Shown here: piece after piece, positions 11,372-22,090 of the stretch | Numbering within the stretch: position 1 is the first letter of the stretch | Layout of the letters: the number at the start of each line of letters is the position of its first letter | NCBI RefSeq assembly: GCF_004010195.1 | Contig: NC_057758.1 | Span: forward strand, 3,018,616-3,051,996 | Direction: 5' to 3' | Origin: Chiloscyllium plagiosum | Lineage: Eukaryota | Length of the DNA stretch: 33,381 nucleotides | Notes under the pieces: generated by a model | What the model was told of the DNA's origin: nothing | Database searches by the model: none | What the model saw: only the letters and a program-made list of their open reading frames with translations | Program-made: the position numbers and the translations under genes

Positions 11372-13341
11372 GGTTGTCAGGGGTTCTGCCCCTGGAGACC
11401 CACCAGGAACCCTTGATAAACTTGAAGGTGGAACACTGTAAGGAAGAGGTAGTCTTCCTCGTAGATACGGGCGCAGCACGGTGATCGCTGAATTTTAAAC
11501 CAAAGAAAGTAGGTATGTCAAGAAGATCAATTAGTGTTTCCGGGGTAAAAGGTGAAGGATTTACTGTTCCAGTATTTGAATCTATTATGATAGAAGGTCC
11601 AAAGGATAGAGTCACAGGGGAACTGTTTTATATCCCTAATATAGGAAGTAACTTACGAGGGAGAGATTTAATTATCCTCTTAGGACTGGAGATTGGCATT
11701 CAGGAAAAAGAAATAGTTGTACAAATGGCAATGTTGACAGACGATGTGGAGAAAGAGATAGACCCTATTGTACCGGCCAGAGAAGGGAATCGTGGAAGAC
11801 TACAGATCCCTCCTCGAGAAATAAATTTAAAAAGGTAAGGGGACGTTGTCTGTGAACGCCAAAATCCCATTTCCATAGAAATGAGGACTGCAACCAGTAA
11901 TTGAGGGACTGATTAGAGATGGACTGTTGGAGCCATGTTTGTATTCTTATAATACACAAATTCTATCAGCGAGGAAATCCGATGGAACTTATCGATTGGT
12001 GCAGGATTTGAGAACACTGAATCGAACAGTACAGATCAGGCACCCAGTGGTGCCAAATCCCTATACGTTATTAAGTAAGATCCATCATGACCAGAAATGG
12101 TTTAGTGTGATAGATTTAAAGGATGCCTTGGAGCGTGTCCCTTGGCGAAGGAAAGTAGGATTTTTTTGCCTTTGAATGTGAAGATCCCAAAACAGGACGG
12201 AAACAGCAATACCGGTGGACCTTGCTCCCTGGGGGTTTACAGAATCCCCAAGTCTATTTGGACAAATGTTAGAACAAATATTGGAGAAATCTAGCAGCCC
12301 CAAGGGAACTACCCTCTTGCAGCATGTAGATGACCACTTCGGAACAGGAAAAAGAAGAGCAAAAGCAGTAGAAGCCACTAACAAATTATTCAATTTCTTG
12401 GGTCAGCAGGACTGCGAGTATCTAAGAACAAACTACAATATGTGGAGCGAGAAGTGAAATACTTGGGGCATTTAGTTCGTGAGGGAAAGCGAAAGAAAAG
12501 CCAGGAATGGATGGGGGGAATAGTGGAGAAGCCAGTGCCCAGGACTAAACGAGAGTTATTTAAATTTTGGGGTCTAACGGGATATTGCAGGTTGTGGATT
12601 GACTCTTATGCTCAAAAGACTAAGAAATTATATCTCCAAGTACTAGAGAAGGAACCAATGTGTCTAAGTTGGTAAGGTGAGTAAAAAGAAATAGTTGAGG
12701 AACTCAAAAGTAATCTGATCCATACTGCCATGTTCGCCTTACCATCTCTAGATAAACCTTTCTAAATCTTTGCTACCATAGATAAGGGAGCGGCTTTGGG
12801 AATATTAACCCAAAGGTGGGGAGGAATGAAATAGCCACCTTTGAAATAGCTATCTTTTGAAGCTATTGGGATCCAGTATCCTGTGGTGGCCTGAGTGTGT
12901 GCAGGCCATGGCCGCCACTGCAGTGTTGGTGGAGGAAAGCAGAAAGCTCACATTTGGGAGAGTCCTAATGGTAAGCACTCCACAGCAAGTGAGAACGATC
13001 CTAAACCAAAAAAGCTGGGCGACGGTTCATGGATTCACAGATTCTGAAGTATGAGGCAATTTTAATAGAATAGGATGATCTAGTGTTGGTCACGGACAAT
13101 TGTTTAAATCCAGCTGCCTTTCTCTGGAAATGGGAAGTAGAATCTCCTCAGAATCCAGAGCACGACTGCCTTGACATTATAGAATACCAAACTAAGGACC
13201 ACATGGACCTGAGAGGCGTTCCACTTCATGCAGGATCATCCCGGGTAAAAACACGTTACTGCATATGCTGCAAACCAGATTATAGTTTAGAGTAGTGCTG
13301 GAAAAGCACTACAGTTCAGGCAGCATCCGAGGAGCAGGAAA

Positions 13342-13375
13342 ATCGACGTTTCGGGCAAAAGCCCTTCATCAGAAT
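13342..13375 (-). ncRNA. Minimal type I hammerhead ribozyme motif
   Basis: Minus strand reads att-CTGATGA-a-GGGC-tttt-GCCC-GAAA-CGTC-gat. Intact core, 4-bp stem II, palindromic ACGT stem III and a GUC cleavage triplet. Stem I is weak (3 bp). Confidence 0.75.
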
Positions 13376-13485
13376 GATTTACTATGGCCAGCATATATAT
13401 TTAGTCTTCCGATTCTGGGTAGTTCAGTATAATCTACTTGTATACTCTGGAAGGGTCTCAATCCCCAGTCTCTTCCTCCCGGGGT

Positions 13486-13520
13486 ATTCCTGATGAAGGG
13501 CTTGTGCCAGAAACGTCAAT
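13486..13520 (+). ncRNA. Minimal hammerhead motif with mutated stem II closing pair
   Basis: CTGATGA(13490)-a-GGGC-ttgt-GCCA-GAAA-CGTC. Confidence 0.55.
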
Positions 13521-14968
13521 TTTCCTGCTCCTCGGATGCTGCCTGAACTGCTGTGCTTTTCCAGCACCACTCAAATCTAGGATCATCCCGGGTGATTGAA
13601 GGGAAAAGACATAATGGGTATGCTGTCGTTGACGGGATGGAAGGTAGTTTGGTAGAGACAGGAAGGTTGCCAAATGGGAGGTCACCTCAGACCTGTGAAC
13701 TCTGGAAAGATCCCTTAGAGCGTTAGAAAATAAAGAGGGACAGCATATGCTGACTCCAAATATGCATTTGGTGTTGCGCACACTTTTGGAAAGATATGGC
13801 AGGAAAGAGGACTGATCGATAGCCAGGGGAAGGAACTAGCGCATGAGGAGTTGATTAAACGAAGTCCCTATTACTCCCCCGAAAATAGTGGCAGTCCATA
13901 TAAATGGTCATCAGAAAGAAAATTAACGAGAAGTGAGGGGAAATAGACTAGCCGATGAAGTGACTAAGGTAGCAGCCCTGAACCCACAAGAAGCGGTGAT
14001 TTATTCCCTAATACCTATTGTTCCAGGTCCTTGGGAAGCTCCTATATTTACTGAAAGAGAGGAAGAAGAATCGAAAGATTTAGGGGCTGCAAAAACAGCA
14101 GACGGGTATTGGATGTTACCTGATGGAAGGGAAATGGTAATCAAAATGATGATGTGCAAAACTATGGCTGTTCTAATCAAGGCAGCCATTGGGGAGTACA
14201 AACAATGTGTGATTTGGGTCTTAGGAGATATGTATGTAAAGGAATATATACAAATGCCAAACAAATACGTGAGGCGTTTATAATATGCAGAACGGTAAAT
14301 AAGAAAGTCTCGAGAAAACAGACCCCGGGAGGAAGAGACCCGAGATTGAGACCCTTCCAGAGTATACAGGTAGATTATACTGAAGTACCCAGATTAGGAA
14401 GACTAAAATATATGCTGATCATAGTAGATCACCTACCTGGTTGGGTTGACGCATACCCACTAGCTACCACCATTGCGAGCAGGGTATCTAAAACAATATT
14501 AGAGCACATAAAATCCAAATCTTATTTGGATTTCCTTATCTGGGAACGAATGGGGAATTGCCAATTACCAAACCTGTTCTTAAAGATGTATATACTGGGC
14601 TTGTCCTCCTCTTTGTCTTTCCTCAAGAAACAGTGTTCATCCGATTCGATCGGGAGATTGGGTCTTAGTAAAATCATGGACAGTGACTAAATTGCAACCG
14701 GACTGGGAAAGGCCGTATCAGGTTATTTTGACTACCAAAATGGTGATAAGGACGGCGGAGAAAAGCTGGACTCACTACACTCAGATCAAAGGTCCAGGGG
14801 AATCTCCAGTTGAGGAAGAAGTCTGGACAGTCGAATCAACGCAAGAACCACTGAAACTTAGGCTAAAGAGACTTTGAGTAACTGATTATACAGTGGCGAC
14901 GCGAGCGCGGGAGTATTTCTGTAGGATTGTATATTAAGTCTTTTGGGTGCTTCAGCACGATTTTTAGA

Positions 14969-16770
14969 ATGCTGGGGAAGCCGAGAGTTATGCAGAGTGC
15001 TGGGCTAATGTTACTGGGCTTAGTGTTATGTGTTATTAACGATCCCTGAGTCTTAAGTCTGATGGGAATGGCCTCGGGGATGGTACTTGGTATAATGTTC
15101 TCGTCACAGTACACCGGGCCCCCTTCCGACCAGCTTTCGATTTTCCCGACATAGAGTGTAACCTAATATACCTAACAATAAAGAAAACCACATGGCCTGA
15201 AGCAATTCTGGGGGTGTGGGGTCCAGGGGTGTGTGGTGAGACACCGATCAGGTATACTTCAATGAAACATTTGGGATAGAAATAAAAACAAACCGGAATG
15301 ATTTCTTGGGCTGTTGTTTTTGAATTAGCGTCGGGAAAACGGATAGACCTCCTGGATAATAAGATGCAACCTTTCTCCCCTCTCCATGACCCTAAAGTAG
15401 TAAACATTATCGGAGTAAAGGTCTTGAAACAGACTATCGAAATAGAAACTGGATACGGGGATGCAAATGTCTGGGTTGAATGGGTAAAGTATACTGTAAA
15501 AAGTCTGAATAAGAGCAATTGTTATGCATGTGCCTCCAGTAGGCCAGTGGCCCAGATGGTCCCCTTTCCACTCGGGTGGAAGTGAGACAAGAAGAGCATG
15601 AAATGTATGATAGCCCTGTGACAGGATAAGACTGCATGGAATGATTGGAACTGTACCTCCCCATCTCTGATGTTTCCTCCCTTGGAGAAGAAAGACTTAA
15701 AAGCCCCCGCCCCCATGTTTTCAGCCACAGTCGGAAATCACACGTCGTGTGTGCGTAGACGAGGTACAAATCGGTCTAGAGATTTGGGGGAGCTGAAATT
15801 ATGTGCAGAGATGAAGAATGTCACCGAAACTGACAAGGGAGCGAACTACTCAGCACTAAAGGTTCCCCGAGCGGATCTGTGGTGGTACAGTGGAGGCAAA
15901 ATATTGAGACCCACCCTGCCTCCGGATTGGAGAGGGATATGTGTAATTGGCAATTCCATTTACCCTGGCATTTGAGAAGGAAAAGATAGTAGGGAAAGAG
16001 GGAAGGAGTGAGAGATAAACTCGATGACAGAGTTTATCTCGATTCTATAGGAGACCGGGGTGTGGGGGGCGGATACCTGATGAGTTTAAGGCTCGCAACC
16101 AGATTGCAGCAGGCTTTGAGTCAGCTCTCCTTTGGTGGATAACAATTAATAAAAATGTACATTGGATAAAGTACATTTTCTATAATCAACAGCTATTTAT
16201 AAACTATATAAGAGATATGGTTAAAGGAATATCAGAACAGCTTGTTGCGACAAGTAGGATGGCATGGGAAAACAGAGTAGCCCTTGATATGATTCTGGCG
16301 GAAAAAGGGTGTATGTGTGTGATGTTAGGAAGAAGCTGTTGTACGTTTATTTCTAATAACATTGCGCCAGATGGTTCAATTACTAGGGTATTATGGGGAT
16401 TGCCTACCTTAACAGAGGAATTGGCTGAGAATTCAGGAGTAGACACATCTCTTACAGGATGGCTTGAATCATGGTTTGGAAAATGGAAGGGGGGAGGGTG
16501 GTTTCCATCCTTACTTCCCTGATAGTAGTAGCCGGGGTATTGGTAACCATTGGCTGTTGCATCATACCCTGTATACGAGGGCTCGCCCAAAGACTGATTG
16601 AGACAGCCTTAAATGAAACAGATGCCCCTAAAAGGGAATCAGGCAGAGGAATTTTATCTATTAAATAATGAGGGATGAATGAGTCCAAGATGGATGAAGT
16701 CTCAGATATGATGCTTGCGAATGTTGGGGGCGATGCTGAAAGGAAAAATTGCAGAAACAACAATTGAGTG
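14969..16770 (+). pseudogene. env: ERV env (SU-TM, gamma-type covalent linkage), disrupted
   Basis: Signal-like GLMLLGLVLCVI and SU CXXC (NCYAC). The furin site appears decayed (RSER). TM has PDEFKARNQIAAGFES, the immunosuppressive domain WENRVALDMILAEKG, CX6CC (CVMLGRSCC) and the membrane anchor ILTSLIVVAGVLVTIGCCIIPC. Ends are approximate. Confidence 0.92.
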
Positions 16771-16777
16771 TAAACAT

Positions 16778-16789
16778 AAAAAGGGGGAA
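16778..16789 (+). promoter_or_regulatory. Polypurine tract
   Basis: aaaaagggggaa just before the TG that opens the LTR. Confidence 0.9.
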
Positions 16790-16790
16790 T

Positions 16791-17316
16791 TGTGAGCAAT
16801 AATTATAAATGTTGTTACCTGCAAAAATCATAAGGCTGAATTATGTAAGAGGAAGGGGGTGTAGGTTAGCCTAGATATGCTTGTACAAACAGTTATAAGC
16901 ATCTGTTTCCTGCTTCTGAAAATAACAAAAAAAAACAAAATCAAGAGGTCATAAGGCTCAGTGTGGATAAAGAATGGGAGGAAATGTTGCTTTAGCAAGC
17001 AAGGAAGCAGATGGCAGTGAAAGAGGATACGTTAACAATGGACCAGAGCAGGATGTGGTGAAATGGCCAAGCAAGACTTGTACTTTGTTATGCACATGAC
17101 CGGTTAAGGCAAGAGATAAACAATAGTAATGGAAGCCGGGTTTAGAGTAGTGGGAGGAGGGAAAGAGAAATTAATTGTATATGAGTTGTGTACTCGTTCA
17201 GCTCGGGGTGCCTATCTTATAGGCATCATGCTTGCAAGCGTATAATAAACGATACTGCTGCTTCAGATCTTGTCTCGGACTGAAACTATTGAAGTGACTG
17301 GGTTCTATTTCCCACA
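16791..17316 (+). repeat. ERV 3' LTR (526 bp)
   Basis: Begins TGTGAG after the PPT and ends CCCACA exactly where the host CR1 resumes. AATAAA at 17244-17249. Confidence 0.88.
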
Positions 17317-18562
17317 TTACCATTAGCCCAGTACTCTGCATTCATGTTACTCCTTCCAAAGTGAATCACCTCACCCTTTTCGCATTAAACTCTATTTGCC
17401 ACCTTTCAGTTCGGCTCTGCAGCTTATCCATGTCTCTCTGCATCCTACAACATTTTTTATCACTATCCACAACTCTACCTACTTTAGTGTCATCCACAAA
17501 TTTATTAACTGATCCTTCAATGCCCTTATCCAGGCCAATTCCATAAATGCCAATCACCAGGGACCCCAAGGCAGATCCTTGTAGTACCCTAATAGTAACT
17601 GAACTCCAGGGCAAATTTTCCCATCAACCACCATCCTCTGTCTTCTTTCAGCTAGCCAATTTCTGATCCAAACCTCCAAATCACCCTCAATCGCGTGCCT
17701 CTGCACTTTGTGCAATAGCCGAACGTGGGGAACCTTATCAAACGCCTTACTGAAATCCATAGACACCACACCAACCCGTTTACACTCATCCATCTGTTTA
17801 GTCACCTTTTCAAATAACTCAATCAGGTTTGTGAGTCACGACTTACCTTTCACAAAACCGTGTTGACCATCCCTAATCAACTTATTCTTATCGATAGGAT
17901 TATAGATAATCTATAGGATTATAAATCCTATCTCTTACAAGCCTTTACAACTCTCCGCCCACAACAGAAATAAGGTTCACAAGTCTTTTATTTCCAGGGT
18001 TGTCTCTACTCCCCTTCGTGAACAAGGGAACAACATTTGCTCTGTTCAAGTCTTCTGGCACTATTCCAGTCGACAATGACAATATCAAGATCAAAGCCAA
18101 AGGCTTTTCCATCTCTTTCCTGGTTTTCCGCCGAATCCTAGGATAATTCCCATCTGGCCCAGGGAACGTACCTATTTTTACACTTTACAGAAGTGCGAAC
18201 ACTTCCTCCTTATGCACTTCAAAGCCATCTAATCCACTAGCCTTCATCTCAGTAGACTCCTCGACCACATTGTCTTTCTTTAGTGTGAATACTGACGAAA
18301 ATTGTTCGTTTAGTGCTTCGTCTATCTCCTCTGACTCCACGCACAACTTCCTACTACTATGCATGATTGGGCCTCATCTTACTCTCGTCATTCTTTTATT
18401 CCTGATCTAGCTTTCAAAAGCCTGAGGGTTTTCATTGATACTATCCGCCAATGATTTGTCATGTCCCCTCCTGGCCCTTCCTAGCGCTCTGTTTAAGTCT
18501 TTCCTGGCTACCTGTAACTCTCAAGCGCCCTCACTGAGACATCACATCTCATCCAAACATAA
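17317..18562 (-). mobile_element. Host CR1, segment 2 (RT core)
   Basis: MDFSKAFDKVPHVRLL, WIRNWLAERRQR, LQGSALG and KFVDDTKVG (FADD motif) on the minus strand. Confidence 0.93.
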
Positions 18563-18642
18563 TACAGAGTTGCCGGTGTTGGACTGGGGTGTACAAAGTT
18601 AAAAATCACCCAACAATAGTCCAACAGGTTTAATTGGAAGCA

Positions 18643-18677
18643 CACTAGCTTTCGGAGCGACGCTCCTTCATCAGGTG
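18643..18677 (-). ncRNA. Minimal type I hammerhead ribozyme motif, best preserved copy
   Basis: Minus strand reads CAC-CTGATGA-a-GGAGC-gtc-GCTCC-GAAA-GCTA-GTG. Stem I is CAC/GTG, stem II is 5 bp, stem III is palindromic AGCT and the cleavage triplet is CUA. Confidence 0.85.
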
Positions 18678-18823
18678 ATTGTGGAGGGCTCGATCGTAAC
18701 ACAGAATTTATAGCAAAAATTTGCAGTGTGATGTAACTGAAATTATACATTGAAGAATTGATTGTCTGTTCAGCCTTTCATCTCTTAGAATACAGTGATA
18801 GTTTCACTTCTTTCATATGTAAA

Positions 18824-18893
18824 NNNNNNNNNNNNNNNNNNNNNNNNNNNNNNNNNNNNNNNNNNNNNNNNNNNNNNNNNNNNNNNNNNNNNN
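18824..18893. other. Assembly gap (70 N)
   Basis: Run of N. Confidence 0.99.
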
Positions 18894-19378
18894 TTCTACA
18901 TGAATGTATGCAGTTTTTGAGCAAAGTGGAATGTAACTCTGCAAGTACAAAAAAATTTACCACACAAAATATATGCGTGCACGTGGGCCTTTGTCTGTCT
19001 GTGTGTGTGTGTCTGTCTAGGGTGGGGGTTGTGAGTGTGAGAAAGTGTGTGTGTGTGTGCGTGTGTGTAGTGATGCAGAGTGTCTTAAGTCTGTGAGGGG
19101 GTACATGTGTGGGAGTGTGAATGTCTATAAGGGTGTATGTGGGTGTCTGTGTGCGCGTCTGTGTGTACCTGTGTACGTGAGTGTGTATAGTGTAATGGTG
19201 ATCACCTGTAATGTGACATGAACCCAAGGTCCCGCTTGAGGCCCTCCCTATGGGTACCGAACTTACCTATCAGCCTCTGCTCGGCCACTTTCCTCTGCTG
19301 CCTGTCCCGAAGTCCACCTTGGAGGATGGTCACCCGAAGGTCCGAGGCTGAATGTCCTAGACCACTGAAGTGTTCACC

Positions 19379-19535
19379 AACATAAGCCTTTTTCTTCCTC
19401 TTGAAGAAACAGTCAACTTTCTTAATAAACCATGGCTCCCACGCTCGACAACTTCGTCCCTGCCTGACCGATACAAACTTATCAAGGACCTCCAGTAGTT
19501 TGTTTTCGAATAAGCTACACATTTCAATTGTGCCC
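19379..19535 (-). mobile_element. Host CR1, segment 3
   Basis: LFENKLLEVLDKFVSVRQGRSCRAWEPWF is homologous to the linker of the CR1 at 1-915. Confidence 0.88.
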
Positions 19536-19930
19536 TTATGGGGCTGTTTTCATTGCAGAAAAGAAGGTTTAGGGGTGACTTGATAGAGGTGTACAAGATG
19601 ATTAGGGGTTTAGATAGGGTCGACAGCGAGAATCTTTCTCCACGTATGGAGTCAGCTATTACAAGGGGGCATAGCTTTAAATTAAAGGGGGGTAGGTATA
19701 GGACAGATGTTAGGGGTAGATTCTTTACTCAGCGAGTCGTGAGTTCATGGAATGCCCTGCCAGTAGCAGTGGTGGACTCTCCTTCATTATGGGCATTTAA
19801 ACGTGCATTGGATAGGCATATGGAGGATAGTGGGCTAGTGTAGGTTAGGTGGGCTTGGATCGGCGCAACATCGAGGGCAAAAGGGCCTGTACTGCGCTGT
19901 ATTCTTCTATGTTCTATGTTCTATGTTCTA
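19536..19930 (+). mobile_element. Young 5'-truncated CR1 (ORF2 C-terminus, 3' UTR, terminal repeats)
   Basis: Open frame GLFSLQKRRFRGDLIEVYK..TRGHSFKL..FFTQRVVSSWNALP..FKRALDRHM. Ends in (ttctatg)n. Confidence 0.95.
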
Positions 19931-20057
19931 TTCCCTGCAGTTTCCTTCCACATCCTAAGCATCTTTAATTTTGCCTAATCGCATTGTAATTGCCTTTCCG
20001 CCAGCTATAAATCATCCCCTGCGATATATGCCTATCCGTTTCCATTTTAAAGTGACA
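19931..20057 (-). mobile_element. Host CR1, segment 4 (5'-truncated end)
   Basis: Colinear with 200-330 of the CR1 at the window start ('catcctaag..taattgcctttccgccagctataa..ccctgcgatatatgcctatcc'). Confidence 0.8.
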
Positions 20058-20454
20058 GCAATATTTCTCAACAGGACTTTTGGTGGTAAGCAAAGGTGCA
20101 CCATTCTGCATGTCAATATACCTGGTTCCTTCATTCGTGTTGCGAACTTTGAAAGCAAACCTGGCGCAATTACGCAGTTACTTGTTTTAACTGAGGACTA
20201 CTAATTGTTCAGCTTATGTCTACCCAATAAGCACAATTCAACGGCCTTTTGCTATCTGCTCCTGCTGCTAGATTCTCTCAGCCCAACCCCACTACCGACT
20301 CCACACGAGATCCCAATGTTAATATTTTGACGTTAATCAAAAATCTCAGCGTGCTGTTGTGAAATACATGCTGCTTACAATGAGATGCAATCCACAATTG
20401 TGCCTTTGCATTGCATTTTCCTTTCTGGTTTTGATGTCTCTCGGGCAGGTTTAG

Positions 20455-20640
20455 AATTAGAATCCCTTCAGTGTGGAAACAGGCCCTTTGGCTTAACAAG
20501 TCCACACAAACTCTTCGAAAAGAAACCCACCCTCCCTTTTTATCTTATATTTACCCATGACTAAAACATGTATCCTTCAAATCCCTGAACACTATGAGAA
20601 ATTTCGCACGGCCAACTCAACTAACCGGCACATTCTTGAA
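20455..20640 (-). mobile_element. HE1-type SINE, 3' part
   Basis: Reverse complement resembles the tail of the SINE at 32700-33062 ('agaatcccttcagtgtggaaacaggccctttggc..aagtccacac'). Confidence 0.7.
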
Positions 20641-20659
20641 AATAATAAATCAATTGTCC

Positions 20660-22090
20660 ACATCCCTCCACACCAAGCCTATTCATGTATCTGTTGATAT
20701 TTCTCTTGCAACTTTATTGGTTACTAGTACCTCTCTTGGCACATTCCAAGTACTTCCACACTCTGTGTAAAGAACCTGCCTCTGATTTGTCGTTTAAATG
20801 TTCTTTCTTTTACCTTAAGCCTACATCCCCAGTAATTGACACTTTTGCACTGCGGGGATTGGGGGGTGCTGAGAAAATAAAACTCCGTTTACTCGTTCCA
20901 TATATTCTCTCAAAATACTGTAAACTTCTATCAGGTCATCCCCCAGCCTCCGATGTCCAAGTGAAAACGAACAGAGATTTTCAAATCTCTCATCAGATGT
21001 AATACCCTGCAAATGACGCAACAGTCAGTAAACGTTTTCTTTACCTGGTCCAAAGCCACCACATTCTTCTGGTAGTATGTCAAAAAGAGCTGTAGACAAT
21101 ATCTCAGCTTTAATTCAGAGGTTGAATTAAAGTTCTACCCAGCTGCAATATTGCTTGTCACTTTTCTATACTCTGAGACCTGATCATTGAGGGCAGGTAT
21201 GCCATATGCTTTCGAGATCAATTTATCCATTGGCGTTGCAGTTGGCTGATTATAGCTAACCTGCACGCCTCGATCCTGCTGTGTGTTTATATTTCTAATG
21301 CCATTGCTGAATGTTGCCTTCTCGCATTAAACCATCTGTCCAGATTACATTCCACCTGTCACTCCCTTGCTCAAGTCTCCAGTTCATTATATGCTGCAAC
21401 AAGCTCTGGCAATCCTCCTCACTATCCGTCGCTCCCTCAATATTTGCGTTGCCCAGAATCCTACTCTTCAGGTCAAATCTCCGTCAAAAATGAACTGCCT
21501 TCCACCAGTCCGCTCTCGCTTCTCTGAACAAGTCATTTCTGTGTACATTTTTTACCTGCTGTATTGGCCTGCCAACAGGAGTATGTCAAAAGCTTTGTGA
21601 AGCCCATAAACAACACAAGCAAGTTCATCCATAGTCTTGATCACTTCCTCAAAAAAACACTTAATTACATTTGAGAGACAGGAACTCTGGCACAAATAAA
21701 GCCCCTTCCTCCCGCTATTAAATCCATATTTCTCGAAATATGAGGCAATCCTATCTCTAAGAATATTCTGCAATGATTTCCCTACCACTGACGTAAGGCT
21801 CACAAATTTGCAATTTCGCGAATTATTCCTGTCGCCATTGTTTAATAAATAAACAGCATTGGCTATTCTTCAATCCTTTAGGATCTGGTCTGCGCGTGAA
21901 ACAGATACAGATATTTCGTACAAGGCCTCAGTAATTTCTTCTTTCGTCTCCCTCTGTATTTTTGCGTGAATCCCATCAGGTCCTGAGGAATATTGTACCT
22001 AAATGCAACACGTCTAACATCTCCCTTTATCTAAAAAATAGAAATATATACCACTCACTGGACTAACCATTCGAAATGCCATTCTTCTTT
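20660..22090 (-). mobile_element. Degenerate CR1 (RT region)
   Basis: Minus strand SLTSVVGKSLQNILRD, HKAFD and FSLGHRRLGDDLIEVY relics. Confidence 0.82.

Larger units (their letters stand above)
13247..13578. mobile_element. Penelope pLTR-derived inverted-repeat insertion in ERV RNase H, enclosing an inverted copy of ERV integrase sequence
   Basis: Perfect 15-bp TSD aggatcatcccgggt at 13232-13246 and 13579-13593. Inverted arms of about 93 bp (about 13284-13375 and 13486-13578). The spacer 13375-13485 is the reverse complement of 14322-14431. Confidence 0.92.
11372..14877 (+). pseudogene. pol: ERV pro-pol (PR, RT, RNase H, IN), disrupted
   Basis: Protease FLVDTGA (DTGA at 11464-11475). RT YRLVQDLR, VVPNPY, VIDLKDA, GFTESP and LQHVDD (12323-12334, YVDD changed to HVDD). 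RNase H relics DSKYAFGV.HTFG and GNRLAD. Integrase SHWG, IQVDYTE and the C-terminal WERPYQV. Confidence 0.95.
10061..17316 (+). mobile_element. Defective class I (gamma-related, HERV-I-like) endogenous retrovirus; 5' LTR, PBS and gag N-terminus missing
   Basis: Ordered gag, protease, RT, RNase H, integrase, env, PPT and 3' LTR, with many stops and frameshifts. Confidence 0.95.
18563..19378 (-). mobile_element. 5'-truncated Penelope-like element: endonuclease-region C-terminus, CA-rich 3' region and pLTR with hammerhead
   Basis: Minus strand GEHFSGLGHSASDLRVTILQGGLRDRQQRKVAEQRLIGKFGTHREGLKRD resembles a PLE GIY-YIG C-terminus. The (CA)n-rich tract spans about 18990-19200. Flanking direct repeat aacataa at 18556-18562 and 19379-19385. 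Contains a 70-N gap. Confidence 0.85.

Noticed and set aside
18778..19227. His/Thr-rich and Cys/Val-rich ORFs
   Set aside because: Translations of a (CA)n/(TG)n tract plus an N gap.
19202..19522. 106-aa ORF fusing a CR1 linker to a Penelope endonuclease tail
   Set aside because: A chance in-frame junction of a nested insertion with both parts truncated. No evidence of a functional chimera.
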